A stretch of DNA of 64,000 nucleotides from Octopus vulgaris (lineage: Eukaryota): the NCBI GenBank assembly GCA_951406725.2, contig OX597817.1, positions 39,122,001 to 39,186,000 on the forward strand, written 5' to 3'. The stretch's first letter is position 1, and each line of letters opens with the position of its first letter. A model generated the notes under the pieces. That model saw nothing but the letters and a program-made list of their open reading frames with translations. It was not told where the DNA came from and searched no databases. A program made the translations under genes and the position numbers. Positions 12,525 through 25,900 of this stretch are shown one piece after another.

Positions 12525-13392
12525 GGTGTTATGTTCCAAAACCCCTGCGATAGGTGAAAATCCACGAAGTAGAAACAGTACTGTACTGTATAATTTTTAA
12601 ATTATTTTTATAATTTGTATATATTTATTTTATTATAAATGCAAAACACCACCACACACTTGCCTCTTGAGTTTCATTTTCCATACAGTATGTGTCATTC
12701 TTTGTTTACTTAATCTATGGTACACTATGTATTTTCTTTTGATATCTTTTAATTAATGTATTATACAGTACTGTACTGTATTTTTATTTATTAATTTAAT
12801 TTTTAGGCGTGAAAATGCTTATTTTACCACAGAAATAATTAAAATCTAAAAAAAAATATAAATACGTATCAGCTGTGATATACTGAGAAGTCCATGATAT
12901 AAATTTACATATATTAGCCAGAAAAATTTGCAATAGGCATAGGAGTGGCTGTGTGGTAAGTAGCTTGCTTACTAACCACATGGTTCCAGGTTCAGTCCCA
13001 CCGCATGGCACCTTGGGCAAGTGTCTTCTACTATAGCCTCAGGCCGACCAAAGCCTTGTGAGTGGATTTGGTAGACGGAAACTGAAAGAAGCCCGTTGTA
13101 TATATGTGTGTGTATATATATATATATATAAATATGTGTTTGTGTTTGTTCCCCCGACACAGCTTGACAACCAATGCTGGTGTGTTTACATCCCCGTAAC
13201 TTAGCGGTTTGGCAAAAGAGGCTGATAGAATAAGTACTAGGTTTACAAAGAATAAGTCCTGGGGTCGATTTGCTCAACTAAAGGTGGTGCTCCAGCATGG
13301 CCACAGTCAAATGACTGAAACAAGTAAAAGAGTAAAAGACTAAGAATGTACTGAGAGCACAATAGGTGAACCACGATATGACGAGTGATTAC
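12525..13392. mobile_element. Tc1/mariner (Tigger-like) MITE interrupted by a SINE
   Basis: Subterminal motifs gcgataggtgaaaatccacgaag and aataggtgaaccacgatatg flank an AT-rich body. The SINE at 12936-13339 sits inside. Confidence 0.45.
12936..13339 (+). mobile_element. tRNA-derived SINE (family 'ggagtggctgtgtggtaag') with a central TA/TG microsatellite
   Basis: A/B-box-like head and (GTAAAAGA)n tail. Related copies at about 6030-6265(+), 19116-19507(-), 19527-19884(-), 27075-27897(+), 32074-32448(-), 32530-32695(+), 61178-61573(+), plus older copies. Confidence 0.85.
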
Positions 13393-13520
13393 TTCAATTT
13401 CTAAAGGTAATGGGAATTTGTTGGAGATAAAGGGTTGATCATAAAATATGTTGTAATGAAGTCTTGTTAATTCCAGAAGTTAGCTGTTAATAATTTCAAA
13501 CTGGAAACTCCCGCATTTAC

Positions 13521-13583
13521 CTTGTGGTCTTTTTGTAGTTCTATAGCACCATTATAATGCTTTAAGAGAGAATGGTTTAGTGT
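13521..13583 (-). CDS. Candidate nested-gene exon (TLNHSLLKHYNGAIELQKDHK)
   Basis: actaagattacAG acceptor, AAG|GTAAAT donor, 63 nt, phase 0 to 0, open. Confidence 0.4.
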
Positions 13584-13795
13584 CTGTAATCTTAGTTGTT
13601 ATTTTTGGGATACTATTGCTAATAGAATGGTTGTATACTGTCAATCTAACAAGAACGTGACAGTATGGGGTACACCACCGCTGTATAGCCCTAGGAAGCA
13701 TCGAACGCCTCCTGATAGCTTTGACACATTTTTTCCCTGTGTCCTTATATACATATACGAAGGGGAGACAAACACCCCCGGCCGCTGGAACTGCA

Positions 13796-13841
13796 TCTAG
13801 GGACACCGTGTTTCAGGATCATTGTCCTTCATCGGCCTAGA
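13796..13841 (-). ncRNA. Minimal type I hammerhead ribozyme motif (inverted copy)
   Basis: Reverse complement of 14319-14364. Confidence 0.75.
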
Positions 13842-14318
13842 GTAGCAGACACCGGTCAGCTGGTGATATTTGCCTAGACTTCGTATCTGTATATATGTAA
13901 ACTCAGTGAAGTTTATTCACTGATTATCAAAATAAGAAATATTGAATTTCTAAATCTCTCGTAGAGACATGTACGGTGGTGGCGCGATAGAATGGTTGTA
14001 TACTGTCAATCTAACAAGAACGTGACAGTAGGGGGTACACCACCGCTGTATAGCCCTAGGAAGCATCGAACGCCTCCTGATAGCTTTGACACATTTTTTC
14101 CCTGTGTCCTACAGCGGTGGTGTATCCCCTACTGTCACGTTCTTGTTAGATTGACAGTATACAACCATTCTATCACCCCACCACTGTACATGTCTCTACG
14201 AGAGATTTAGAAATTCAATATTTCTTATTTTGATAATCAGTGAATAAACTTCACTGAGTTTACATATATACAGATACGAAGTCGAGGCAAATATCACCAG
14301 CCGACCGGTGTCTGCTAC

Positions 14319-14364
14319 TCTAGGCCGATGAAGGACAATGATCCTGAAACACGGTGTCCCTAGA
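14319..14364 (+). ncRNA. Minimal type I hammerhead ribozyme motif (variant core CCGAUGA)
   Basis: TCTAGG-CCGATGA-AGGA(caatga)TCCT-GAAAC-ACGGT-GTC-CCTAGA: stems I, II, III and a GUC cleavage triplet. Confidence 0.75.
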
Positions 14365-14690
14365 TGCAGTTCCGGCGGCCGGGGGTGTTTGTCTCCCCTT
14401 CGTATATGTATATAAGGACACAGGGAAAAATGTGTCAAAGCTATCAGGAGGCGTTCGATGCTTCCTAGGGCTATACAGTGGTGGTGTACCCCCTACTGTC
14501 ACGTTCTTGTTAGATTGACAGTATACAACCATTCTATCGCCCCACCACCGTACATATCTCTATGAGAGATTTAGAAATTCAATATTTCTTATTGCTAATA
14601 GTATTTTGTAAAAGTGTTTCCATCATTGGAAAGGATTTGCTCTGCTCCAACACAACAGGAGTTTCTATTTAATTCTCAAAATCTACTCAC

Positions 14691-14725
14691 TGTTGCCACA
14701 TAATCTTCATTTGAATCCTTTCCAT
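14691..14725 (-). CDS. Candidate nested-gene exon (xGKDSNEDYVAT)
   Basis: tctttcatgttaaAG acceptor, GTGAGT donor, 35 nt, phase 1 to 0. Confidence 0.35.
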
Positions 14726-15284
14726 CTTTAACATGAAAGATTTATACTTTGAATCATTAATGACGATGGCTATGGCTTGAAACATCAATAAATTCTTGGT
14801 CTAATCAGCTATTGTAATGTCATTGTTATATTTAGTCAGAATTAATGGGGAATATTCTTAACATCTATCACGAGCCTATGAGGGAGTTCCTATGCAGTTG
14901 TTTAATCTGCTAGAAGTAACAGCCAAATTGCACTCCATTCTCTTAGAAAAGGATATGTTGGATAATATAGTCCTAGTTATGGCTGGAATGTTTTTTTATC
15001 ATATGCCTACTCAGGGTTTGTTTAGCAAAATATGTAAATATGTAAATCTGCCAATTCAGGCTGTAATAAAATACTTCAGTGTTGTTATAGTTGTATCAAA
15101 CAATATCAAAATTGTTCCTTCTGGAACTTTTCATGGAACCTGAGCAGTAAGTTCCATGTATTGATAACATTTGGTCAATTCATTTAGATACAGACTTCTT
15201 TACAAAATATTTTAAATAAACCAACTAAAAAGCTGCTGTATGACTGTTGAACCTGCTCAAAAGAGAACCCCAAGTTTTCTCAAA

Positions 15285-15520
15285 TCTTATTTCTTTATTG
15301 CCCACAAGGGGCTAAACATAGAGGGGACAAACAAGGACAGACAAAGGTAATAAGTCAATTACATCGACACCAGTGCACAACTGGTACTTAATTTATTGAC
15401 CCCGAAAGGATGAAAAGCAAAGTTGACCTCGGTGGAATTTGAACTCAGAATGTAAAGACAGACGAAATATCGCTAAGCATTTCGCCCAGCGTGCTAACAT
15501 TTCTGCCAGCTTGCCGCCTT
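15285..15520 (-). mobile_element. SINE, same family as 4631-4962
   Basis: Reverse-complement match; flanked by aagttttctcaaa TSD. Confidence 0.85.
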
Positions 15521-15768
15521 AAAGTTTTCTCAAACCTTAACTCACCAGCTTAAAAATTAAAAAATAAAAGAGAAGAGTGCATTAGATAATGTAGCATATG
15601 TAATATGAAAAATACAGATGGCCACCACTGCTTGAACAAGGCTGATTTGGACTAAACGACGAGACATATATTTAAATGTTTAGAATTTTATGACCACTAT
15701 ACTCAGTATTTCTATGGCCAATTTGATATCATTGAACTCATAGAATTTGTTTCACCATTTCCCACTTT

Positions 15769-16082
15769 GTGGAGGCGCAATGGCCCAGTGGTTAGGGCAG
15801 CGGACTTGCAGTTGGAGGATCGCGGTTTCGATTCCCAGACTGGGCGTTGTGTGTGTTTATTGAGCGAAAACACCTAAAGCTCCACGAGACTCTGGCAGGG
15901 GGTGGTGGCGACCCCTGTTGTACTCTTTCGCCCCAACTTTCTCTTACTCTTTCTTCCAGTTTCTTGAGTAACTCTGCAATGGACTGGCATCCTGTCCATC
16001 TGCGGGGTGAACACACACACCATAGAAACCAAGAAACTGGGCACATGAGCCTGGCTAGGCTTGAAAAGGGCGCATAAAAAAA
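15769..16082 (+). mobile_element. Distinct tRNA-headed SINE with an A-tail
   Basis: Head tggcccagtggttagggcagcggact...ggtttcgattccc (A/B boxes), A-rich end, imperfect TSD ttcc(c/t)actt. Confidence 0.7.
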
Positions 16083-19000
16083 TTCCTACTTGATGGGTTT
16101 TAATTAGTCTGTCATGGCTGTGTGGTTGACGAGCTTACTTCCCAATTATGTAGTCTTTGGTTCAGTTCCATTGTGTAGCACCTTGGGTGAGTGTCTTCTA
16201 CTGTAGCCTGTGGCCAACCAAAGCTTTGTGAGTGGATTTGTTAGACAGAAACTGCAAAGGCAGCAAGCTGGCAGAAATGTTAGCACACCGGGCGAAATGC
16301 TTAGCAGTATTTCGTCTGCCGCTACGTTCCGAGTTCAAATTCTGCCGAGGTCAACTTTGCCTTTCATCCTTTCGGGGTCGATTCAATAAGTATCAGTTAC
16401 GCACAGGGGTTGACATAATCAACTTAATCTGTTTGTTTGCCCTTGTTTGTCCCCTCTAATGTGTAGCTCCTTGTGGGCAGTGAAGAAATAAGAAACTGAA
16501 AGAAGCATGTCATCTATACCTTGACTTGATATCATGTAAAGGCTGTAAACAAGCATCACTGTCATGCAAGTGGTGTTGTTCATTTCCTATATTCCATGAA
16601 AATATGCCTGGCTATGGAGAAATATTACTTTGTTTGAAAATAGATGAGTATTGGCTAGAGGAAAGGCATCTGGCAGTAGAAAATCTCAACCAATTCCATC
16701 TGCATGGAAAGTGGACATTAAACGACAATGATGATGATGATGATGATAAAACCTAACACCTGTTATTATTTATGGGAAAAAGATAAATTCTTTGGGTTTC
16801 AGATTTTATACTGGCTCAAATAAAATGCAAAATAGATACACACAGACTTACAGTACAGTTGTAGCTTTTGTTTCGTTGGTATCATTAATCTTTGTTAATT
16901 CTCAACTTTAACTGTAATGTTTTTATGTTGTCATTATGAAATTCAAGAAACCAAGACACAGCAAGACACGCCATTAAAAAAAATAAACCAACAATAACCT
17001 AACACTATTAATGTACAATCCTGTACAAACACATAAATCCTTGGTGTGACTGATGATTGATATAATAGTTTCATACTTGTACACAAAGTAATAACTTCAT
17101 GAAAGACCAGAATAAGATTGTGTGAAATTCTTACCTTGTTACTGTTTAACCATTGGTCAGTCCTAATCAAGCAAATCTCTGATCAAAAGCATTCCAGCTT
17201 TCATCAGCTTCTCTTCAATGTTTGTTTGTATTTTGTCAGAACTACATTATCCTATGCATACTTACTTTTTAAGGCAGTAGAATGTGATTTAAGGGATAAG
17301 TGGTTTGTGCTGATTTATAGTAGCTTAGCTTTCGACTTATTTTAGAATATGGTTGAGTCCATAAAATAGGATTTGACTACACCTCCATTTAGAGCCCAGT
17401 TTAAGCTATCTTTTCGTGGAAGAAAATTTATGTTCCTATAACCTGTGTTAATTCTGTAACCCTTTAAAATGGAAGATAAGAAACTTCATTTTCGGCACTT
17501 GATGCTTTGGGAACCAGACAAAAATTGCTGCAGCTTGGCTGGGATGTATTTGTACCCACTAATGTTTGACAACCAGTGTTGGCTTGATTATGTCCTTGTA
17601 ACTTAGCACCTCAGCAAAATAGACTAATAGAATAAACACCAGACTTACTGGGATTGGTTTGTTTGACTAAACCTTTCAAGATGGGACTCCATCATGGCCA
17701 CAGTCCATCGACTGAAACAAGTAAAAGAAGATAACCCATAAAGCTTGGTACCATTTCTCAGTCTTGTTCACACTTTGATCCTGCTATTGTATCTTGAATG
17801 AATGCAGATTTCTTACATTGGTGCAAAGTTTAAACTCTGTAGGATAGATGAAGATACAGTCGGCTTAATCAACCCACGTATATTCATTGTTGGGTCTTAA
17901 TTTATTATTAATGACCATAGAGCAACAACAGGCAAAGTTGAACTCAGGATGTAAATGATGTCTATTCTACTATAACGCTGCAAGGATGTCTATTCTTGTG
18001 TTTCAACCATTCCACCACCCTCTCATGCAGCAGTAATGAACTCAAAATTAGGTTTTATAGTGTTCTATTAATTAGCTATAATTAATTAGTTATAATTAAT
18101 ATAACTAGCCAATTATAGTTTCTGACTATGAAAATTCATTAAAAACAGCACAAATGAATTCATGTATTTCTTAATCAGATTCATTTAATATATCTGTAGT
18201 GGTTATTGATTAAGCTGAAGTCATTAATTTTCCATTCGAGTTATCCAGTCTATTCATTGACCAATTTAATATCTTGACCCATCTACTGGGGCATGTTCAA
18301 GTCATTGAAGGAGCCTCTACAGCATTACTTGACTTGCTTGAAAAAGCAGCAAGTTTCCCTCAAATTGCATTCAGCTATTTTATAACTGGAAGGGCACATT
18401 GAATGGATGTTGCAGTCCTAGATGCTCTGTATTTGAATGAAAAGACAGGTTAGCCACAACTAGAACATTTTTGATCAGTCTACTTGATCAGGGCTGACTT
18501 GGGGTTAAACAACAACTGGGTCAGGTTTGATTTAGTATATTTCTATTAAAGCTACATTGAATTATTGGTTTTCCATTTTGGTTTTTCATTTTCTAATTCT
18601 TTATTTTTCTTTTTTAATGTTCAATGCAGAATAATATTAGGATAGAGAAGGGTTCTTCATTAATATGAATCCTCTCTTCACTTTAAAATATATTAAATTA
18701 ATAAAAAGAAAAAAAACAATGGTTTAAATTTTGGCACAAGGCCAGTACTTTTACTGAGAAAGGTTAATCAATTACATCAACCTAATACTTGACTAGTACT
18801 TTCATAAGGATGAAAGGCTGAGTTGACCTTGGCAGTATTTGGACTCGGGATGGTAAAGCGCCAGAAAAAATGCTACACTTACCAGATGTCTACCACTGAG
18901 GAGACAAGGTACATTGAAATCATGTGAGCTGGCAGTTCTGGTACCCATAACAGATGATTCTCATCTGCCAGCATTATAGATATGTCTGTTTTTATGCCCC

Positions 19001-22000
19001 ATGAGTTCATATGAGAGATCCTTTCAAGGTAAATAATGCAGTATTTGGCATTCTAACTAAACATCCACATTAAGCTGGATATAAAGATTGCTTTTTTGTA
19101 TTAATACTGCTTCTGTTACTCTTTTACTTGTTTCAGGCATTTGACTGTGGCTATGCTGGAGCACCACCTTTAGTCGAGCAAATCGACCCCAGGACTTATT
19201 CTTTGTAAGCCTAGTATTTACTCTATAGGTCTCTTATGTCGAACTGCTAAGTTACAGGGACGTAAACACACCAGCATCGGTTGTCAAGCGATGTTGGGGG
19301 ACAAACACAGACACAGACGTATACACACACACACACACACACATATACGACAGGCTTTCAGTTTCGGTCTACCAAATCCACTCACATGGTTTTGGTCAGC
19401 CCGAGGCTATAGTAGAAGACACATGCCCAAGGTGCCACATGGTGGGACTGAACCCAGAACCATGTGATTGGTTAGCAAGCTACTTACCACACAGCCACTC
19501 CTACGCCTGGCTTTTTATTTTTTTTATTTATTTGTTTCAGTCATTTAACTGCAGCCATGCTGGGGCACCGCCTTTAGTCGAACAAATCGACCCCAGTACT
19601 TATTCTTTGTAAGCCTGGTACTTATTCTATCCGTCTCTTTTGCCAAACCGCTTAAGTAACGGGGACTTGAACACACCAACATCGGTTGTTAAGCGATGCT
19701 GGTGGGACAAACATAGACACACACACACACACGACAGGCTTCTTTCAGTTTCCATCTACCAAATTCACTCACAAGGCTTTGGTTGGCCCAAGGCTATAGT
19801 TGAAGACACTTGCCCAAGGTACCACGCAGTGGAATTGAACCCGGAACCATGTAGTTGGTAAGCAAGCTACTTACCACACAGCCAATTATTTTTTAATAAT
19901 TCTGTTGGTCATTTGCAACATCAGTGTCTGAAAAGTCACTGAGATTCTATACATTGTTGGCAGTGAAATTTAGCTGATATGTAGCTACTGAATAGATGGG
20001 GTACATTGGAATCATATGTTCTGGTATTTCTAGCACCTGTAGCCATGACTCTCATCCACCAATGATATAAATGTGCTTTGATGCACCTTGCGTCCATGTG
20101 AGAGGTTCTCTCAAGGTAAATAATGCAGAAAATCAGTGCTCTAACAAAACATCCATCGTTAAGTTGGACCTGAAGATTGCCATTTGGTACTAATATTGCT
20201 TCTATTACTAATTTTATAATAATTGTTTGAAATTTTGTTGCAGGGCCACTAATTGTAGTAGGGTGGGGATTAGTTGATTACACGATCCTTGTTCTTGACT
20301 GGTACTTTATTTATTTCATTGACCCCAAAAGGTTGAAAGGCTAGGTTAACTTTAGCAGGGAGTGAACTCAGAATGCAAACAGCCCGAGGAAATGTTGCTA
20401 AGCATTTTATTCAAAATGCTAATGATTCTGTCAATTTGAAAATAATGATGAGCTTACTGTATAGAGTACTCTGTTGCACTACAACTTGTCAGAAAAGGTT
20501 AAAAGAGAAGACAGAGAGCAGCAATAAGACAGGTAAAAAAAGACAGCAATGAAAGCTAGGAGTACATGCACAAAATAGAATAAAATAGAAAAGTGAACAG
20601 AGGAAAGCGTGCATGAGCATGTCAGGAGTAGTGGTGGGAAGCATGGAATTTTTGAAGCATGCAGTACCCTAAGAGCTAATGACTAATTCAGGTAGTATAT
20701 TCCATCCTTGGACAGTTCTGAGCATGGAAAAATGTTTCTGAAAATCATGGGTCCTATGCTGTTGTTTTAAAATTTTATAAGCATTCCTATATTAGCTTAG
20801 TTTGTAAATTATCTGGTTTACATTTAATGTGCTTGGTTTGTTATAATGATGATGTGAAGTAATTATAGTTCACTGTTTTGGAGCCTGTTTTTCTATAGTT
20901 TCTTTATAACTATATCCTGTTTATCTGTGTCAGTACTTTTAATTGCACATTGCTATACAACCATATAATTTTAGCATCATAATCATCATCATTGTCATTG
21001 TTTTAATGTTAATTTTTCCATGCTGGCATGGATTGAACAGAGTTCATTAAGGCAGATTTTTCTATGGTTGGATGCCTTTCCTGTCACCAACCTTCACCTG
21101 TTTCCAAGCAAGGTAATATGTCCTCATGGCTGGAATATTTTTCTAAAAGATTGATAATGAAAGACATTGCCTGTATGATGTTGACTCTTGTTTATAACTG
21201 TTGTGTGATGTCAGAAAAGGAGAGACACACACACACACACACACACACACAGCTTCTTTTCACAAGGCTTTGGTTGGCCCAGGGCTGTAGTGGAAGATAC
21301 CTACCTCAGGTGCTGTGTAGTATGACACAGAGCCACACCTGTACAATAATAGCAGTCATAGTAACTGTGTTATTTGAAGCCACCTAAATTCATTTTCCAA
21401 ATTTACACCTAGATCAAACAAGTTTTTACTGGCGTATATATATATATATAGAGATTCAAAATCATTTTATTGATTTTAGAGCAAACTTCACTGTTTAATT
21501 TGTAAATCAAATTGAAATAGTGAAGAATGATAGAGAATCTTTGATTGTTTATTTAAGACATTTTCTTTTTTATGTGTGTCTGCAATGTTGATATAATACA
21601 GAACTGAAAAAACAAAAACAAAAAAACCCCAATCTTTATAATAAGCTTCAGAGATTATTTTACTTGGTCCAGGCTTAAACATGAGATTTCAACTTGAGTT
21701 TAATCTAGTTTTGGAGAAATATTAACATAGACTATATAAAAGAAGATACCACTATTACTACTGGTGCTATTAGTATAAACATTGATTCACTTATAAATGT
21801 GTGTGTGGTGCAGGTTGATTCCTGGTCTTGGTGAGTGTGTTGTATTTGTGAGCAGTGTGCTTCATTTGATGTTGCTCTGGTCTACCCAGCTGAAATGAGT
21901 CCCAGCTTAGTACTCTCTCTCTCCTCCAATTGTCTCATTCATAGTATTCTGCAGAATCAATGTGTACGAGAACTGAAAGAGTGTCTATGTCTGATCACAA

Positions 22001-22449
22001 CTATGTAGATACCTAGAACAATTAACAAAAGCATGGCACATGCAACCAGGTCATATTGTCTTAGAAGTGATGGCTATGGTTATATATAACTCTGAATAAG
22101 AACTGACTCAGCTCATGACAATCTGTTCAAGCCATGCTGACATAGAAAATGGATATAAGATAATTATAGTGACCTAGAAATGTGGTGTAAAGATTAATAT
22201 TTCCTCAACCAATTCATTTGAAGACCATCAGTAGTTTTGTTTTCTAATATACTAAAAGCATTTATATTCTTTATGTATTTTATGTGAATTGAAATTAATT
22301 TGTACTCCACTTAAAGGTGCAATTAGTTTGTGCTCCACTTAAGGCACAAAAACAAAAGCCATTATATTAGACATGTTATGGCTAATTACTTCAAAGATGA
22401 GTGGCTAGCAATAAGAACAGAAAGCTGTAAAAATTTAATATACATGTCT

Positions 22450-22904
22450 TTTCAGTTCTGTATTTAAGAGATGAGGAATTATGTACATTATTTACATTCG
22501 ACAGATATTTGTTCTCATTTTGTTTGTTGTTAACACAATGTTTCGGCTGATACACCCTCCAGCATTCTTCAGGTGTCTTGGGGAAATTTCGAACCTGGGT
22601 TCTCATTCCTGAGGTATTTTTTGATGTTATTATTGTTATTGTTCAGGTCACTTCTTGGAATTGAACTATGAATCTTGGGCTACTAACCCCAAGATTCCGA
22701 GTTCAATTCAAAGCAGTGACCTGAACAACAACAACAACAATAATAATAATAATAATAACATCGAAAAATACCTTAGGAATGAGAACCCAGGTTTGAAATT
22801 TCCCCAAGACACCTGAAGAAGGCTGGAGGGTATATCAGCTGAAACGTTGTGTTAACAACAAACAAGATGATGACAAATATCCGTCGAATGTAAATAATGT
22901 ACAT
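22450..22904. mobile_element. Palindromic (inverted) Penelope-like fragment with a hammerhead motif in each arm
   Basis: 22481-~22680 is the reverse complement of ~22690-22904, with an (AAT/AAC)n tract inside. Confidence 0.75.
22808..22853 (+). ncRNA. Minimal hammerhead ribozyme motif
   Basis: GACAC-CTGAAGA-aGGCTG(gagggtatat)CAGCT-GAAAC-GTT-GTGTT, with palindromic AACGTT stem III. A slightly mutated antisense copy lies at 22532-22577. Confidence 0.65.
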
Positions 22905-25900
22905 GCCTTTTGTCTTTTATCTGTTTCAGTCATTGGACAGCAGTCATACTGGGGCACCACCTTGAAGGGTTTAGTTGAATTGATCTCAGTCTTAAAGTCT
23001 GGTACTTATTCTATCACTTTTGCCAAACTTCCAAGTTACAAGAACATAAACAAACCAATATTGGTTGTGAAGTGGTATGTTTGACAAACACATACACACC
23101 AACACATTCCTTTATTCTTTTCAGCATAAAGGCTGTGGCTGTGCAACAAGTTTCCACATAGTTTCCACCTACCAAATTCAGTGCATTGGGCAGCATGGTA
23201 CTATAGTGGAAGACACTTTCCCCATGGTGGGGCTAAACATGAAACCATGTGACTGCAAAGCAAACATCTTAATCACAGATTCCTGCTTGCACTAATTTGC
23301 AAAAAAGCAAGACAACTTATGTATTTATATAAAATCCGTTCTGTCTGTCTGTGTGTGTGTGTCTTCTAGGATCTTGGGCATCCTCCATCCGATTGTGCTC
23401 AAATTTGATATGTAGATACCGATGATATCAGGGCATGTATAAGTCTTGAAAAAATTACAAAAATCGATTCCAGGTGAGAATGTGATCGATAAAGCCGTTT
23501 TTGTCTTGTTTTTCTTCTGTCAACCTGTACATAACTGCACCTTCCATTTTTTGTTGTTTTTGTACTGCTTAAAGGCACGTTTCTTTCCTGCCAAGCTTAC
23601 TGTTTAAATCATGTTTGTGTTCTCCCAGTCAACAACCTTATCATTACTGGTACTTTAAACTCTTTGGTTGCATATTTGTGTGAATAAAATCGTTTTTCTT
23701 TGGTATAGAAAAAAGTCTATCTTTATTTCTTCTTTTGTTGGTGTCTCAAATTTAGGTTAAATCAGTGTTTCTCAAAGGGACGGTCGGACAAGTTGGTTTG
23801 AGAAAATTTGGTTTAAATGTTTGACAACTCAGCACCATCCATTGGACGGGAGGTGGGCGTTTTGCTCGTGTGTTTATATAGAAAGAGGTGGAGAAACTAA
23901 TCTGTGTTAATATAGAAAAGGAAAAGAAAAACAGCCCCAAAAAATGTATAAAACCAAAACTGCATAGTCGCAAATGTCTAGTTATTGGGTTCAGTTTCAT
24001 TGTACTATGAGGTATTGACCTGGCCCATTTCAATCTCTGACATCTCAGATGGAATTTAGAAAGAAAGTCATTTGATCCATCAGTAAGCTGATTCCACACA
24101 ACATTTCCCTTACCAGTATGCTGTGTCCTCTGACTGCTGCTTCTTGCTGGCTGCACCCTTAAAATCCAGTATGAAACACTCGTCTGCACCACATTGTATC
24201 GTTTTAAAATTGTGCCACCCATTTCAGGACCTTACATTACAAAATTGTTCTTTGCTGAACTACTTCACTACCTAAGTGTTATAGTCTCTCCTTCCAACAC
24301 ATCCTAACTCTTTAAAAATATCTATAATATATCAACAACCTTTTCTCTAAGATGATTTCTTCAAGCTACAAAACTGATACTGCTCTTTTCACACTGGAAA
24401 AACCATATGAACGAGTCATGCTATGTTGTGAAATTTCTGAATTTTGCTTATATTATGTTCTCACTGTATGGTTTCTTGATAAAAATAGATATAATAAATT
24501 TTATGTGTAATGTAGTTTGCTGTGTTGGTTTAAGGTGTTTTCCTTGTTGAAAATACTGTAGCAACATAATGTGATGATGCATACAAGACCCATGATTGTC
24601 TATGTATTTTACTTGTTAAATTTGTATTTTAACTGTACTTTTATTTAATTCCTAGCAAAAGATTTGTGTGTGAGAGAAAGGAAGAGTGTGTGTATGCAAT
24701 AGAATATGGTAAACATAACGAGCAATTTACTGGGTCCCCAAATATTGCCTTTGACATCACTCATTTTTCTAGTGTTTGTGTTGATATAGATATTGACTTG
24801 TTGCCAATTTGTGACATAAAATGAGATTTTTTGGTTATAGTAGACATACACAGAAGAAATCAACGAAAAGAAACTTATATTGAATCTTTGTGGTAGTATG
24901 TCTACTATGAAGTGTGAAAAAGTTTCTTCTCACTGCTATGACCAAGTCCCCAACAATTCCACTCATTTGGATCTTATTTACCATATTTATGTGTTGAAGT
25001 CTCACTGCTAATTTAGTATTAAATCTTGAAACAATTTTTTTTCCTTCAAAGTTTTTTTTAGCTTTGCCCCATGTATAAGTTGTACTCTAGTTTTTTTCCA
25101 GTTGAAATCAAGTATAAAATAGTGCAACTTAAACCTGAAAAAATATGGTAATTTCTCAATTTTACTTGATTTTTAAATTCAACCTTTCCTTTGTATGGTT
25201 ATAAATGGTAGATTTTTGTGCTCACTAGAATATAAAATGTTAGGTTGGTGTGTGTGTGTGTAAGTGTTTTGATGAATGTTAACTGTTATTGGAGACTACA
25301 AGCTTTGTCCTGCCTCACTAATCTGCATCTTTAATTCTGTTTCCTCTAATGCAGTGTTTATTTAAATTTGCTTGACCTTCACAGTCCATTTAACATTTAG
25401 AATTTACAACATGGTACAAACTAGTTATTGTTTGATTATGATAAACATTTTTGGTAGTTGTAGCTTGTTATGCAGTTTGTTCTCAGCATCAAGCATATGC
25501 AATGACTAAAAGAAAAAGTGGAACTGTTTGTCCTGTTATTTTTTTCTTTTGTCCTAATTGGTTATTTGCATAAGTGCTAGCTGTGTTATTTTGAAAACTT
25601 CTGAAAGTTAGGAAATTCAAATTATTTTGTATAAAAAAAAAAGAAAAGAAAAACCTTAAAATGCTGCATTTTGCTTGCTTTTAGCAAGTTATTTGGGTAT
25701 CATTAAATATACAGCTCAATTCTATTCACTGTAACATATGTTTGGCAAGTTATGGATTATACGAATAATAGCAAAATTGGTTACATAAAACCCAAAATGT
25801 AACAGAAATAGATTCACTCACATAGCTCCATAGTAATGCAATTTCTTTCATTTATTGGCAACTATGATAATGGAAAATATTGATTACGAAATCAAATATT

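Larger units (their letters stand above)
13614..14601. mobile_element. Penelope-like/retrozyme-type insertion: ~365-bp unit in partial tandem plus an inverted arm, with a 12-bp TSD
   Basis: Unit restarts at 13622 and 13987. Orientation flips at about 14110. tattgctaatag lies at 13614-13625 and 14590-14601. One hammerhead motif per arm. Confidence 0.8.

Noticed and set aside
15080-15143. LRR-like peptide SNNIKIVPSGTFHG on the + strand
   Set aside because: Single repeat followed by a stop, with no splice context or neighbouring LRRs.
15769-15845. tRNA gene
   Set aside because: The tRNA-like head continues into a SINE body and A-tail with a TSD; no proper cloverleaf or acceptor stem.
23752-24222. 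156-aa minus-strand ORF
   Set aside because: No recognisable domain, low-complexity middle and a weak acceptor. One GTAAGG donor at about 24113 is not enough evidence.
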